From: Burkholderiaceae bacterium
Lineage (GTDB): Bacteria > Pseudomonadota > Gammaproteobacteria > Burkholderiales > Burkholderiaceae_B
Direction: 5' to 3'
Length of the DNA: 39,145 nucleotides
Assembly (NCBI GenBank): GCA_035301405.1
Contig: DATGUI010000079.1
Coordinates: 1 to 39,145, forward strand
Under the pieces are notes generated by a model. It worked only from the letters and a program-made list of their open reading frames with translations. It made no database searches and had not been told where the DNA came from. Within the stretch, counting starts at the first letter, position 1, and each line of letters begins with the position of its first letter. Made by a program: the position numbers and the translations under genes. Positions 1 to 10,100 of the stretch are shown here, piece after piece.

Positions 1-433
1 CCTGTTCCGGCACGCGGTACGCCGCCACATAAGCCTCGCCCATGCGGGCATCTTGCACCACCACATGCACAGCCGGGTACGATGCGTCGGCTTGATCCCG
101 GCCATCTGCTGCCTGCGCGGCCAGAACCTGCAGCGAGGCCACGGGTATGACCGGTATGCCCAGCCCCAGCGCCATGCCCTGTGCCAGGCCACAAGCCACG
201 CGCAGCCCCGTGAATGCCCCCGGCCCCTGGCCGAAGGCCACCGCGGACAGCGCCTGGTGATCGACTGACGCCGTACGCAGAAGCGCGTCTGCCATGGGCA
301 GCAGCTTGCGGGTGTGCTCGGCCGCACCTTCGTGGGTACGGGCGATACAGTGCGTCTGGCCATTGACCTGCGACAGCAACGCCACGCTGCACCACGACGA
401 GGACGTTTCCAGCGCTAATATGTAGGTATCCAT
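1..433 (-). CDS. tsaB: tRNA threonylcarbamoyladenosine (t6A) biosynthesis protein TsaB (YeaZ), N-terminal part; 3' end runs off the window
   Basis: My own minus-strand translation from the ATG at 433..431 gives MDTYILALETSSSWCSVALL...AVAFGQGPGAFTGLRVACGLAQGMALGLGIPVIPVASL. This is the typical TsaB/YeaZ N-terminus with the GPGSFTGLR-type motif. The ORF is absent from the track because it is open at the window edge. Confidence 0.85.
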   Translation of the reverse strand, partial: MDTYILALETSSSWCSVALLSQVNGQTHCIARTHEGAAEHTRKLLPMADALLRTASVDHQALSAVAFGQGPGAFTGLRVACGLAQGMALGLGIPVIPVASLQVLAAQAADGRDQADASYPAVHVVVQDARMGEAYVAAYRVPEQ

Positions 434-568
434 GACGGTATTTTAACGATAGAATACAGTCACCAGCGAAGGCCGAGTGCATGGCAGAACAATTGCACAA
501 ATACTTCATGTGTAAAAAGTTACTGCAAACATCTGTACGGATCCCATCTAGCCTGTTACATTTGCGCC

Positions 569-1303
569 ATGACTACACCAAACCCAAACCCCGCCCGCAA
601 AATTCTTGTCGTCGACGACGACCCCCGCCTTCGCGATCTGCTGCGCCGCTATTTGTCAGAGCAAGGCTTCAACGTCTATGTCGCCGAAGACAGCAAGGAA
701 ATGAACAAACTCTGGCAACGCGAGCACTTCGATCTCCTCGTGCTTGATCTCATGCTGCCCGGGGAAGATGGCCTGTCCATCTGTCGTCGCCTGCGTGGTT
801 CGCACGACAACACGCCCATCATCATGCTGACGGCCAAGGCCGAAGAAATTGACCGCATCGTCGGCCTTGAAATGGGTGCCGATGACTACCTTACCAAACC
901 TTTCAACCCGCGCGAGCTCCTGGCCCGGGTCAATGCCATCCTGCGCCGCCGGGGCACCGAAGAACACCCCGGCGCACCCAGCCAGGACAATGAATCCGTC
1001 GAGTTCGGTCCCTATGTGCTCAATCTGTCCACCCGCACCCTGACCCGCAACGACGAGCCCGTGCCCATCACCACCGGCGAGTTCTCCGTGCTCAAGGTCT
1101 TTGCCCGGCATCCCAAGGTGCCGCTGTCGCGCGACAAGCTGATGGAACTGGCACGCGGGCGCGAATACGAAGCCTTCGACCGCAGCCTTGACGTGCAAAT
1201 CTCCCGCTTGCGCAAACTGATTGAAACCAACCCCTCCAAGCCTGTCTACATCCAGACTGTCTGGGGCCTGGGCTATGTGTTTGTCCCCGACGGAGGTCAG
1301 TAA
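569..1303 (+). CDS. ompR: OmpR-family response regulator (OmpR / Bordetella RisA-like)
   Basis: 244 aa. The receiver domain (KILVVDDDPRLRDLLRRYL, LLVLDLMLPGEDG, TAK) is followed by a winged-helix C-terminus (RSLDVQISRLRKLIE...IQTVWGLGYVF). A histidine kinase gene follows directly. Confidence 0.95.
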   Translation: MTTPNPNPARKILVVDDDPRLRDLLRRYLSEQGFNVYVAEDSKEMNKLWQREHFDLLVLDLMLPGEDGLSICRRLRGSHDNTPIIMLTAKAEEIDRIVGLEMGADDYLTKPFNPRELLARVNAILRRRGTEEHPGAPSQDNESVEFGPYVLNLSTRTLTRNDEPVPITTGEFSVLKVFARHPKVPLSRDKLMELARGREYEAFDRSLDVQISRLRKLIETNPSKPVYIQTVWGLGYVFVPDGGQ

Positions 1304-1334
1304 GCGACGCCGGGGGGCTGTCCCCTGATCCCCC

Positions 1335-2720
1335 GTGTCCAGCCCTGGCTCCTCGCGCACTTCGCATCGCTATCGACAGCACCCTTTTCGCATCGGGCTG
1401 TTTGGCCGTACCTTTGCCCTCCTGACCCTGCTCATGGTGGTCAGCCTGGTGGTATGGCTGAAAATATTTTTCAGTATTGAAGAAGGCCCCCGTGCCGAAC
1501 AAATGGCCCAGCGCGTGGCCAGTTCCGTCAGCATCTCGCGTTCCGCACTGGTTTATGCACCCAGCAGTGTCCGCTCGGCCCTCATGCTGGACCTGGCCAC
1601 CCACGAAGGCCTGCGCGTCCAGCCGCGCGAACCCACTGACATCTACGACCCGCTGCCCGATTCCCGCTACTGGAATACGGTTTCTCATGCCATTCTGGAT
1701 CGCCTGGGCGAAGACACCATCATTGGCTGGGCAGTCAATGAAGTGCCCGGCATATGGGTGAGTTTCAAACTCAATCACGATCACTACTGGCTGGTCTTCA
1801 ACCGCGAGCAGCTGGAGATCACCTCCGGCCTTGAGTGGCTGGGCTGGGTGGGGTCGGCCCTGCTGCTGGCCCTGCTGGGAGCGGCCATCAGCGTGCGCTT
1901 TGTCAACCGGCCCCTGGCGCGCCTGATCCGGGTGGCCCAGCAACTGGCGCACGGCGAAACTCCTTCTCCCCTGCCCGAAAAGGGCCCGTCAGAAATTCGT
2001 GACATGAACGTGGCCTTCAACCGCATGGCACGCGACATCCGTCAGACCGAGGCCGACCGCGAAATCATGCTGGCCGGCATCTCGCACGACTTGCGCACGC
2101 CACTGGCCCGCATGCGGCTCGAAATTGAAATGGCAGACATCAGCGAGCACGCCCGCCATGCCATTGACGAAGACATGGCCCAGATCGACCACACCATCGG
2201 CCAGCTCATGGAGTACGCCCGGCCGGCCAATGTGGCACCAAGGCGGGGGGTCAATGTCTCGGCCATCATTACCGAGGTCTATCGGCGCGAGCTGTCCCAC
2301 ACCTTGGCCATGGGCGGACTCATCAAGGCAAATATTCAACCCGACCTTCACGCCCGCATCAACGAATATGATCTCAAGCGTATTGTGGCCAACCTGATTG
2401 AAAATGCCCGCCGCTACGGACGCAACCCTGAAGACGACAAGGCCCACATCCGTCTGAGCGTCGAGCTGCGCGGTGGCAAGATTCTGATTCAGGTCGCAGA
2501 CAAGGGCCCGGGCATTGCAGCGGACGACATCACGCAACTGCTGCGCCCGTTCTCGCGGGGTGACACGGCCCGCACGGGGGTAAGCGGCGCAGGGTTGGGG
2601 CTGGCCATTGTCGAGCGGCTGCTGCAGCAGGTGGGAGGCCATCTGGAACTGACACCGGCAAAGACCACAGGGGGCCTGGCGGCGTGCATCTGGCTGCCAC
2701 GCACCAAACCTTCAGCCTGA
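1335..2720 (+). CDS. envZ: Osmosensor-type sensor histidine kinase (EnvZ / RisS-like)
   Basis: 461 aa with two TM segments and a HAMP region. It has the H-box ISHDLRTPLARMRL, N-box NLIENARRYG and G-boxes DKGPGI / GAGLGLAIV. It starts 31 nt after ompR. The GTG start at 1335 is the only start codon upstream of the conserved RIGLFGRTF segment. Confidence 0.9.
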   Translation: MSSPGSSRTSHRYRQHPFRIGLFGRTFALLTLLMVVSLVVWLKIFFSIEEGPRAEQMAQRVASSVSISRSALVYAPSSVRSALMLDLATHEGLRVQPREPTDIYDPLPDSRYWNTVSHAILDRLGEDTIIGWAVNEVPGIWVSFKLNHDHYWLVFNREQLEITSGLEWLGWVGSALLLALLGAAISVRFVNRPLARLIRVAQQLAHGETPSPLPEKGPSEIRDMNVAFNRMARDIRQTEADREIMLAGISHDLRTPLARMRLEIEMADISEHARHAIDEDMAQIDHTIGQLMEYARPANVAPRRGVNVSAIITEVYRRELSHTLAMGGLIKANIQPDLHARINEYDLKRIVANLIENARRYGRNPEDDKAHIRLSVELRGGKILIQVADKGPGIAADDITQLLRPFSRGDTARTGVSGAGLGLAIVERLLQQVGGHLELTPAKTTGGLAACIWLPRTKPSA

Positions 2721-2751
2721 TGACGTATTCATCAACCGGTTGAAGCGTCCA

Positions 2752-4329
2752 TTACCCTCTTGAAGATGATGGCGTCTCCATCTCGGGATGGTAGAGCACC
2801 ACCTGCCCCCGGCCCAGCGCCTTCGCCCGATACAACGCCGTGTCTGCCTGCTTGAGCAAGGTAATGGCACCATCATCGGATGTGGTGTCGGCCACCGGCT
2901 TGCCCGGGTTGGTGACCGCGACACCAATGCTGACGGTAACCACCCCCTGTGTCTCCGGATGGCGGTGCTCGATGCCTACCCGCCTGATTTCTGCACAGAT
3001 TCGAGTTGCCATCGCCACCGCCTGTTCGCCATTGGTGTCGGGCATGACCACCACGAACTCCTCGCCACCGTAGCGGGCCACCATATCCACAGAGCGTGTC
3101 ACGACTGACGTCACCAGCGCTGCCACCTGCTTCAGGGTATCGTCGCCACGCAGGTGCCCATAGGCATCGTTGTACAGCTTGAAGTGATCCACATCAATCA
3201 TGAGGACGGACAAGGACGTGCGCTGGCGCGAAGCGCGGTTCCATTCATACAGCAGGCGCTCGTTCAGGGCCCGCCGATTGGCCACCGATGTCAGCCCGTC
3301 GATGCGGACCTGCGCCTGCAAGGCCAGCTTGAGTTCACGTTCGCGTCGCCATGCCAGGCGCTGGGCATAGACAATGACCACGGCTGCCGTGAGCAACGTC
3401 AGCACGATGGGTGCAATCAGGCGAAGAAAGTCGTTCCATTCGCCCAGCATGGCTTCCTCCAGCCGCACGGTGGAAAGCAGCACCCATGGAACCCCGCGCA
3501 ACGAACTGGCCACCGCAATCATGGGCGTCCCGTCCGAACCGAGGCCAGTAAACAGGCCCCGCATGCCTTCCACGGCCTTGACCGCTGGCAGGTCGCCGTT
3601 GTTGAGCGAGACCCGGGGCAATGTCACCGGGCTGTCCGGACCGCTTGTTGGCGACAGGTAGCTTGCCTCATCGCCATCCCGCATCACCAGCGCCGATCCC
3701 GCCGTCGTGCGGCGCACGGGCCAGCGTTCCATGATGGGATAAAGCGACAGGCGGACATCCATGATCAGCCAGATTGCCGCTATGCGTTCGCCATCATGAA
3801 ACAGCGGTACCAGCACGCTCAGAAAGGGGTATTCGAAGGTATTGTCGTGCCGGGGCGGGACAATGGCGGCCTCAGCACGTGAAAAGACCTGGGCAAGCAG
3901 CGCGTATTCGGTGCCGGGCAGCCGGGCAAGCGTCTTGGCTGTGGAACTGAACCGGATGCTGCCGTCGGGATCGGCCAGCCACACGCCGGTATAATTGTGG
4001 CGCTCAAGCAAGCCCTGCAGGCGGGACTGCAAACGTGTCTGCACGGCGTCCTGGTCAGGTGCTTCGTGCAATGCGTCTTGCACCAGCTTGCTCAGGGCGG
4101 TGTCATCCATCAGCACTGCAGCGTCCGTCAGGCGCTGATCGTACCACGCCTGTACACTTTGACGCTGCAACTGGTTGATGACCTGTAGCTCGCGTTCAAC
4201 ATGCTGCCTCTGGCGCTGCTGGCTTTCGTTGGCCACATAAGCCGACACGGACACCAGCAGGATGACCAGCGTGATGCCGATCATCCACATGGGCCGCAGC
4301 CCGCTCTTCAATGCATTACCAATGGACAT
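2752..4329 (-). CDS. Membrane diguanylate cyclase with a periplasmic double-Cache-like sensor domain and a GGDEF output domain
   Basis: 525 aa. An N-terminal TM is followed by a roughly 280-aa periplasmic region and a second TM (APIVLTLLTAAVVIVYA). The GGDEF domain has active-site GGEEF and an RSVD (RxxD) I-site five residues upstream. Confidence 0.85.
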   Translation of the reverse strand: MSIGNALKSGLRPMWMIGITLVILLVSVSAYVANESQQRQRQHVERELQVINQLQRQSVQAWYDQRLTDAAVLMDDTALSKLVQDALHEAPDQDAVQTRLQSRLQGLLERHNYTGVWLADPDGSIRFSSTAKTLARLPGTEYALLAQVFSRAEAAIVPPRHDNTFEYPFLSVLVPLFHDGERIAAIWLIMDVRLSLYPIMERWPVRRTTAGSALVMRDGDEASYLSPTSGPDSPVTLPRVSLNNGDLPAVKAVEGMRGLFTGLGSDGTPMIAVASSLRGVPWVLLSTVRLEEAMLGEWNDFLRLIAPIVLTLLTAAVVIVYAQRLAWRRERELKLALQAQVRIDGLTSVANRRALNERLLYEWNRASRQRTSLSVLMIDVDHFKLYNDAYGHLRGDDTLKQVAALVTSVVTRSVDMVARYGGEEFVVVMPDTNGEQAVAMATRICAEIRRVGIEHRHPETQGVVTVSIGVAVTNPGKPVADTTSDDGAITLLKQADTALYRAKALGRGQVVLYHPEMETPSSSRG

Positions 4330-4391
4330 GGCCTGCCATATTCATACATGATACATACCATGCACATTATTATTCGGAAATCTGACTTGTC

Positions 4392-5885
4392 ATGATCACA
4401 CGCCGAAAGTTTATCACTGCGCCCGTGGCGCTAAGCGCCCTGAGCCTGCCATTCCCCACCATGGCCAGTGCCGCCGACAGCCGGGTGGTGATTGGCGTGT
4501 CCCTTGCTCCGGACAGCCTCGACCCCACCCGTACAGACGCTGCCATTATCGGGGAAATAACGCTTGGGAACATTCTGGAAGGGTTAACAAGGGTTAACGA
4601 AAATGGAACGGTAGAGCCCCTGCTTGCCACCAGCTGGAGCGAAGAAAGTGATGGCCTGAGCGTAGTGTTCCATCTGCGTGACGACGTGCAGTTTCATGAT
4701 GGAGCCATCATGGATGCCAATATCGTCAAAAAGAGTATAGACCGGGCCATCAAACTGGGAAAACAGAACAAACTGCATGAAACCGTATTCAGGAACATAG
4801 CTGATATTGTCGTTCACGATTCGCGCACCCTTTCACTCAAACTGCGCCAGCCCGATCCCTTGCTGGCCTACCGGCTGGGAACCAGCCCGGCGGTCATTGT
4901 GCACCCCGACTCGGTCGACCAGCTGGACCAGCACCCCATTGGCACGGGGCCTTATATGTTCCATTCGTGGCAGGCAGAGAAAAGTGTCGAGCTGCAGCGT
5001 TGGCCGGACTACCGCCACGCCGACAACATCACCATTGAAAGGGCCGAGTTCCGCTTCATGCCCGAGCCGGACGTGCAGGCCGAAGCCATACGCACCGGTA
5101 CGGTCGACATGCTGTTTCACATGTCGCTGCAGGGAATTGACGGACACAACGTTGATCAGAAATACCAGGTGCTGCTGGGCAATACCAACAGCAAGGTGCT
5201 GATTGCCATCAACAATCGGCGTGCACCGCTGAACGACAAGCGCGTCCGCCAGGCACTGACCCATGCGGTTGACCGCGCACGCTTCATCAAACATGCCTTT
5301 GGTGGGCGTGGTACTGCCATTGGCAGCCATTTTGTACCGACGGATCCTGGCTTCATCAACCTGACCAGCCTGTACCCCTACAGTCCGGACATGGCACAAA
5401 ACCTGCTGAATGAAGCCGGCGTGGAGCTGCCCCTGAAACTGACCCTGGCTCTGCCACCACCCCCGTATGCCCGCATGGGCGGACCCGTACTGGCCGAGCT
5501 GCTTGCCGAAAGCGGCATTGAGCTTACCGTGCAGCAATTGACCTGGCACGAATGGCTGGACAATGTATTCGAACGCGCTGATTTTGACCTGTCGCTGATC
5601 ATGCATGTCGAGCCCTTTGACTATCACATCTATACCCGGCCCGATTATTACTTTGGCTACGACAGCCCCGAATTCCGGCGCCAGTTCCAGCAGCACAACG
5701 AGACCCGCAACCCCGTCAAGCAGCGCGAACTCATGAAAGCCATGCAGCGGCAACTGGCAGCCGATGCCGTCAACATCTGGTTATTGACGCCCGAGATGGC
5801 CAGCATTGCCAAAAAGGATCTCAAGGGTGTCTGGATGGACTACCCTATCTTTGCGCACTATCTGGGCGACATGTACTGGCTGTAG
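4392..5885 (+). CDS. ABC transporter substrate-binding protein, family 5 (DppA/OppA/NikA-like), with a twin-arginine-type signal peptide
   Basis: 497 aa. The N-terminus MITRRKFITAPVALSALSLPFPTMASA reads as T-R-R-x-F plus an h-region plus ASA. The SBP_bac_5-like block is LATSWSEESDGLSVVFHLRDDVQFHDG. No permease or ATPase genes are adjacent. Confidence 0.85.
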   Translation: MITRRKFITAPVALSALSLPFPTMASAADSRVVIGVSLAPDSLDPTRTDAAIIGEITLGNILEGLTRVNENGTVEPLLATSWSEESDGLSVVFHLRDDVQFHDGAIMDANIVKKSIDRAIKLGKQNKLHETVFRNIADIVVHDSRTLSLKLRQPDPLLAYRLGTSPAVIVHPDSVDQLDQHPIGTGPYMFHSWQAEKSVELQRWPDYRHADNITIERAEFRFMPEPDVQAEAIRTGTVDMLFHMSLQGIDGHNVDQKYQVLLGNTNSKVLIAINNRRAPLNDKRVRQALTHAVDRARFIKHAFGGRGTAIGSHFVPTDPGFINLTSLYPYSPDMAQNLLNEAGVELPLKLTLALPPPPYARMGGPVLAELLAESGIELTVQQLTWHEWLDNVFERADFDLSLIMHVEPFDYHIYTRPDYYFGYDSPEFRRQFQQHNETRNPVKQRELMKAMQRQLAADAVNIWLLTPEMASIAKKDLKGVWMDYPIFAHYLGDMYWL

Positions 5886-5897
5886 GCTTGGCACCAC

Positions 5898-6395
5898 CTA
5901 GGAATCTGAAACCGGCGCCAGCAGTGCCACGGCATTGGCGGCCATGCCTTCCTTGCGCCCCAGCCATCCCAGCCCTTCGTTGGTCTTGGCCTTGATGTTG
6001 ACGTCTGTCTCGGCCACGCCCAGGTCTGCGGCAATGTTGCGGACCATGGCCGGGGCGTGCGGTCCGATGCGGGGCGCCTGCGCATGGACGGTGGCATCGA
6101 TGTTCACCACCTGCCAGCCTGCCTCCCGCACCCGCTGCATGGCAACGCGCAGCAGTTCGCGGCTGTCGGCCCCCTGATAGGCCGGATCCGTATCCGGAAA
6201 ATGGCGGCCAATGTCGCCCAGACCGGCTGCGCCCAGCACCGCATCGGTAATGGCATGCAGGAGCACATCGGCATCGGAATGCCCGGCCAGCCCGTGGGTG
6301 TGGTCAATGGTGACCCCACCCACAATCAGCGGGCGACCCGCCACCAGGGCATGGACGTCCGAGCCCTGCCCGATTCTGAAAGGAATGCGTTTCAT
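5898..6395 (-). CDS. ispF: 2-C-methyl-D-erythritol 2,4-cyclodiphosphate synthase
   Basis: From the internal Met the product is [52 protein letters not shown]..., the canonical IspF sequence (165 aa). The track ORF (to 6494) adds 33 non-homologous residues that overlap ispD, so I trimmed it to the ATG at 6395. Confidence 0.93.
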   Translation of the reverse strand: MKRIPFRIGQGSDVHALVAGRPLIVGGVTIDHTHGLAGHSDADVLLHAITDAVLGAAGLGDIGRHFPDTDPAYQGADSRELLRVAMQRVREAGWQVVNIDATVHAQAPRIGPHAPAMVRNIAADLGVAETDVNIKAKTNEGLGWLGRKEGMAANAVALLAPVSDS

Positions 6396-6415
6396 TTTTT
6401 CGTTCCTGAAAATCG

Positions 6416-7162
6416 TCATGATATCTTGCCCGACGCCGGATTTGCCGGATGCACCGGCAACCAGTGTGCCACCATGGCAAAGTCCTCTGGCCACGTCACC
6501 TTGAGGTTGGCCGGCGAGCCACGCACCAGCAGGGGTTGATGACCGGCCAGCTCCATGGCACTGGATTCATCCGTGATTGCCCTGCCCTGGTTGCGGGCGT
6601 TTTCAAACGCCTCAAGCAGCTGGCCCACTCGAAACATCTGAGGCGTCTGCGCCAGCCAGAGCCCATCGCGCTCCAGCGTGGCCAGCACCTGACTGACCCC
6701 GCCCTTCGCACCGGCAGACTGGCCGCGCTTGACCGTATCGGCCACCGGCAAGGCCAGCAGGCCGCCGCAATTCTGCTGCAGACAGGCGTCGACAAGGGCT
6801 TGCAAGGCATCCGGCGGCAGGCCAGGCCGCGCGGCATCGTGCACCAGCACCCAGTCGTCGCGTGTCACGGCTCCCTGATCCAGCGCATCCCGCAAGCCGC
6901 CTGCAACGGTATCGGCCCGGCTGGCCCCGCCGTGGGGGCGGCACACCACCCGCGGCAGGCCGGAAACCGCCTGCCCGGCAAGCACATCGTGGTCGGCCAC
7001 GATGACGCGTACCTGCGCCACCCGGGCATCGGCCAGCAAGGCTCGGACCGCATGGCGCAGCATGGGCTGACCGTGTATGGGCTGGTACTGCTTGGGCAGG
7101 GGGGCAGCGGCTCGTTGCCCCACCCCGGCGGCAGGCACAATGGCAATCAATTTCGTGTTCAT
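6416..7162 (-). CDS. ispD: 2-C-methyl-D-erythritol 4-phosphate cytidylyltransferase
   Basis: 248 aa. It begins [13 protein letters not shown]....PKQY, the IspD P-loop-like motif, and carries the VLVHDAARP motif. It lies 20 nt upstream of ispF, and the two are separate genes, not fused. Confidence 0.93.
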   Translation of the reverse strand: MNTKLIAIVPAAGVGQRAAAPLPKQYQPIHGQPMLRHAVRALLADARVAQVRVIVADHDVLAGQAVSGLPRVVCRPHGGASRADTVAGGLRDALDQGAVTRDDWVLVHDAARPGLPPDALQALVDACLQQNCGGLLALPVADTVKRGQSAGAKGGVSQVLATLERDGLWLAQTPQMFRVGQLLEAFENARNQGRAITDESSAMELAGHQPLLVRGSPANLKVTWPEDFAMVAHWLPVHPANPASGKIS

Positions 7163-7190
7163 GGCAAGCCATTTTATAATTCAATTCAAA

Positions 7191-10100
7191 ATGGTTATCG
7201 AAACAACTCCCCGCCCCCCGCTCGCAGCTGTCCAATCCATGGTGGCTGCCCTCAAACCCGGTCAACGTCACATCCAGCCCCTGCCCCCCGGATCGGGCGA
7301 TGCCTGGTTGCTGACCGAACTGGCCCAGACTGCCAACCAGGCCATTGTTGTCCTGTGCGCCGACCCCATGGCCGCCCAGCGCGTCGCGGATGAAACCGCC
7401 CTGCTGGCACCCAGCCTGCGCGTGCGTCGCCTGCCCGACTGGGAAACGCTTCCCTACGACAGTTTCTCGCCCCACGAGGACCTGATCTCCGAGCGGCTGC
7501 GTACCCTGCACGCCCTGGCCCATGACCAGGTCGACATACTGACCGTGCCGGTCACAACCGCGCTCTACCGCCTTGCACCACCCAGCTTTCTGGCCGCGTA
7601 CACCTTTTCTTTCCGTCAGGGTGATCGCCTTGACGAACAGGCTCTGCGCGAGCAACTGGTGCTGGCCAACTACAGCCATGTCACCCAGGTCAACGCGCCT
7701 GGCGAGTTTTCCATACGGGGCGGGCTGATTGACCTGTTTCCCATGGGTTCCGTGCTGCCCTACCGCATTGATCTTTTCGACGACGAGATCGAGTCCATAC
7801 GCTGCTTCAATGTTGAAAGCCAGCGCAGCCTGTACCCGGTCAATGACGTACAACTGCTGCCTGGGCGCGAGTTCCCCATGGACGAAGAGGCCCGCACCCG
7901 CTTTCGCTCCCGGTTTCGGGAGGTATTCGAGGGCGACCCCAGCCGCGCCCTTCCGTACCGGGACATTGGCAACGGCATTGCGTTTGCAGGCATAGAATAT
8001 TACCTGCCGCTGTTTTTTGATCACACCGCCACGCTGTTTGATTACCTGCCCGATCAGGCCATTACCGTCACCCTGGGCGACCTGAGCAGCACCATTGACG
8101 CGTTTCTGACAGAAACCCGCAAGCGTCACGACTTTCTCAAGGGCGATGCACAGCGCCCGGTGCTGTCGCCATCACAATTGTTTCTCGGCAGCGAAGAACT
8201 CTTCACCGAACTGAAGCCGTTTCCGCGGCTGGTGCTGGACCCGGCCCAGACCCACCCTGATTTCCATACCGCCCCATCCGTTGCCGTCAACCGGCGTGCC
8301 GATGACCCCGTTGCCGGCCTGCGCAAACTGCTGGCCGACAACCACCAGCGCGTGATCTTGTGTGCAGATTCTGCCGGCCGCCGTGAAACCCTCCTGGACA
8401 TGCTGACGGGCTTTGACATCACGCCCGCCACCGCGCCCCAGACGCTGGCGGAAGCCATACAGGCCGATGACCTGCCGTTCAGCCTGGTGGTAGCGCCCCT
8501 GACCACCGGTTTTGGCATCGCACCCGAGCACCTCCTGCTGCTGACCGAAAACGATCTCTATCCCAGTCAGGCCCGTTCAGTGGTGCGTCGCCGACAGGCT
8601 CGCCGCCACACGGACGTGGAAGCCATGGTGCGGGACCTGTCCGAATTGCGCGAGGGCGATCCCGTTGTTCATGCCCAGCACGGCATCGGCCGCTATCTGG
8701 GTCTGATTGAAATGGACCTGGGCGAAGGCGACATGGAGTTCCTGCACCTGGAATATGCGCAGGGCAGCACCCTTTATGTACCGGTGGCACAACTGCATGC
8801 CATTGCCCGCTACAGCGGCAACGATCCTGAAACCGCTCCCCTGCACCAGCTTGGCTCGGGCCAGTGGGAGCGCGCCCGGCGCAAGGCGGCCCGACAGGTA
8901 CGGGATGCCGCCGCCGAACTGCTGGCCCTGTATGCGCAACGGGCCGCCCGCCAAGGGCACCGCTTCAAACTCTCCAGCAATGACTACGAAGCCTTTGCCG
9001 AAGGTTTCGGCTTTGAGGAGACCCCTGACCAGGCACAGGCCATTCAGGCCGTCCTGGAAGACATGACGGCCTCCCGCCCCATGGACAGGCTGGTGTGCGG
9101 TGACGTGGGCTTTGGCAAGACCGAAGTGGCGCTGCGTGCCGCCTTTGTGGCGGTGATGGACGGCAAGCAGGTTGCCGTACTGTGCCCCACCACCCTCTTG
9201 GCTGAACAACACGCGCAAACCTTTGCCGACCGCTTTGCGGACTGGCCCGTCAACGTGGTGGAGCTGTCGCGGTTCCGTTCCTCGAAGCAGGTCAATGCGG
9301 CTGTCGAGGGGCTGGCCGATGGCAGTGTCGACATTGTCATTGGCACGCACAAGATCCTGTCCAGAAATGTAGCGTTCAAACGGCTGGGCCTGGTGGTCAT
9401 CGACGAAGAGCATCGCTTTGGCGTGCGCCAGAAAGAAAAGCTCAAGGCGCTGCGTGCGGAAGTGGATATTCTCACCCTGACCGCCACGCCCATCCCGCGC
9501 ACCTTGAGCATGTCGCTGGAAGGCATTCGTGACCTGTCCATTATTGCCACTCCCCCCGAACGACGCCTGGCCATCAAGACCTTTGTCCGCCGTGAAGATG
9601 GCAGCACCATACGCGAAGGCCTGCTGCGCGAACTGAAACGCGGCGGCCAGGCTTATTTCCTGCATAACGAGGTGGAGACCATCAACAACCAGCGCGCCCG
9701 CCTGGAAGAACTGGTTCCCGAGGCCCGCATTGCCGTGGCCCATGGCCAGATGCCGGAACGCGAGCTGGAAGCGGTGATGAAGGATTTTTACCAACAGCGC
9801 ACCAATGTCCTGCTGTGCACCACCATCATTGAAACCGGCATTGACGTCCCCACCGCCAACACCATCATCATCAATCGGGCCGACCGCCTGGGCCTGGCGC
9901 AACTGCATCAGCTGCGTGGCCGGGTTGGCCGGTCACACCACCAGGCTTATGCCTACCTGCTGACGCCCGGCGAAGACGCCATGACTCGCAACGCCAGGAA
10001 GCGCCTGGAGGCCATTCAGACCATGGAGGAACTGGGCTCGGGCTTCTTCCTGGCCATGCACGACCTGGAGATTCGCGGCACCGGAGAAGTGCTGGGCGAG

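Noticed and set aside
2732-2743. 12-bp palindrome TCAACCGGTTGA in the 31-nt gap between convergent envZ and the GGDEF gene, as a bidirectional terminator
   Set aside because: The stem is at most 4-5 bp with a minimal loop and there are no flanking T tracts, so it is too weak to call. The convergent pairs SBP/ispF (12-nt gap) and TetR/livF (33-nt gap, CCGGG-CAGG-CCCGG) likewise lack convincing terminators.
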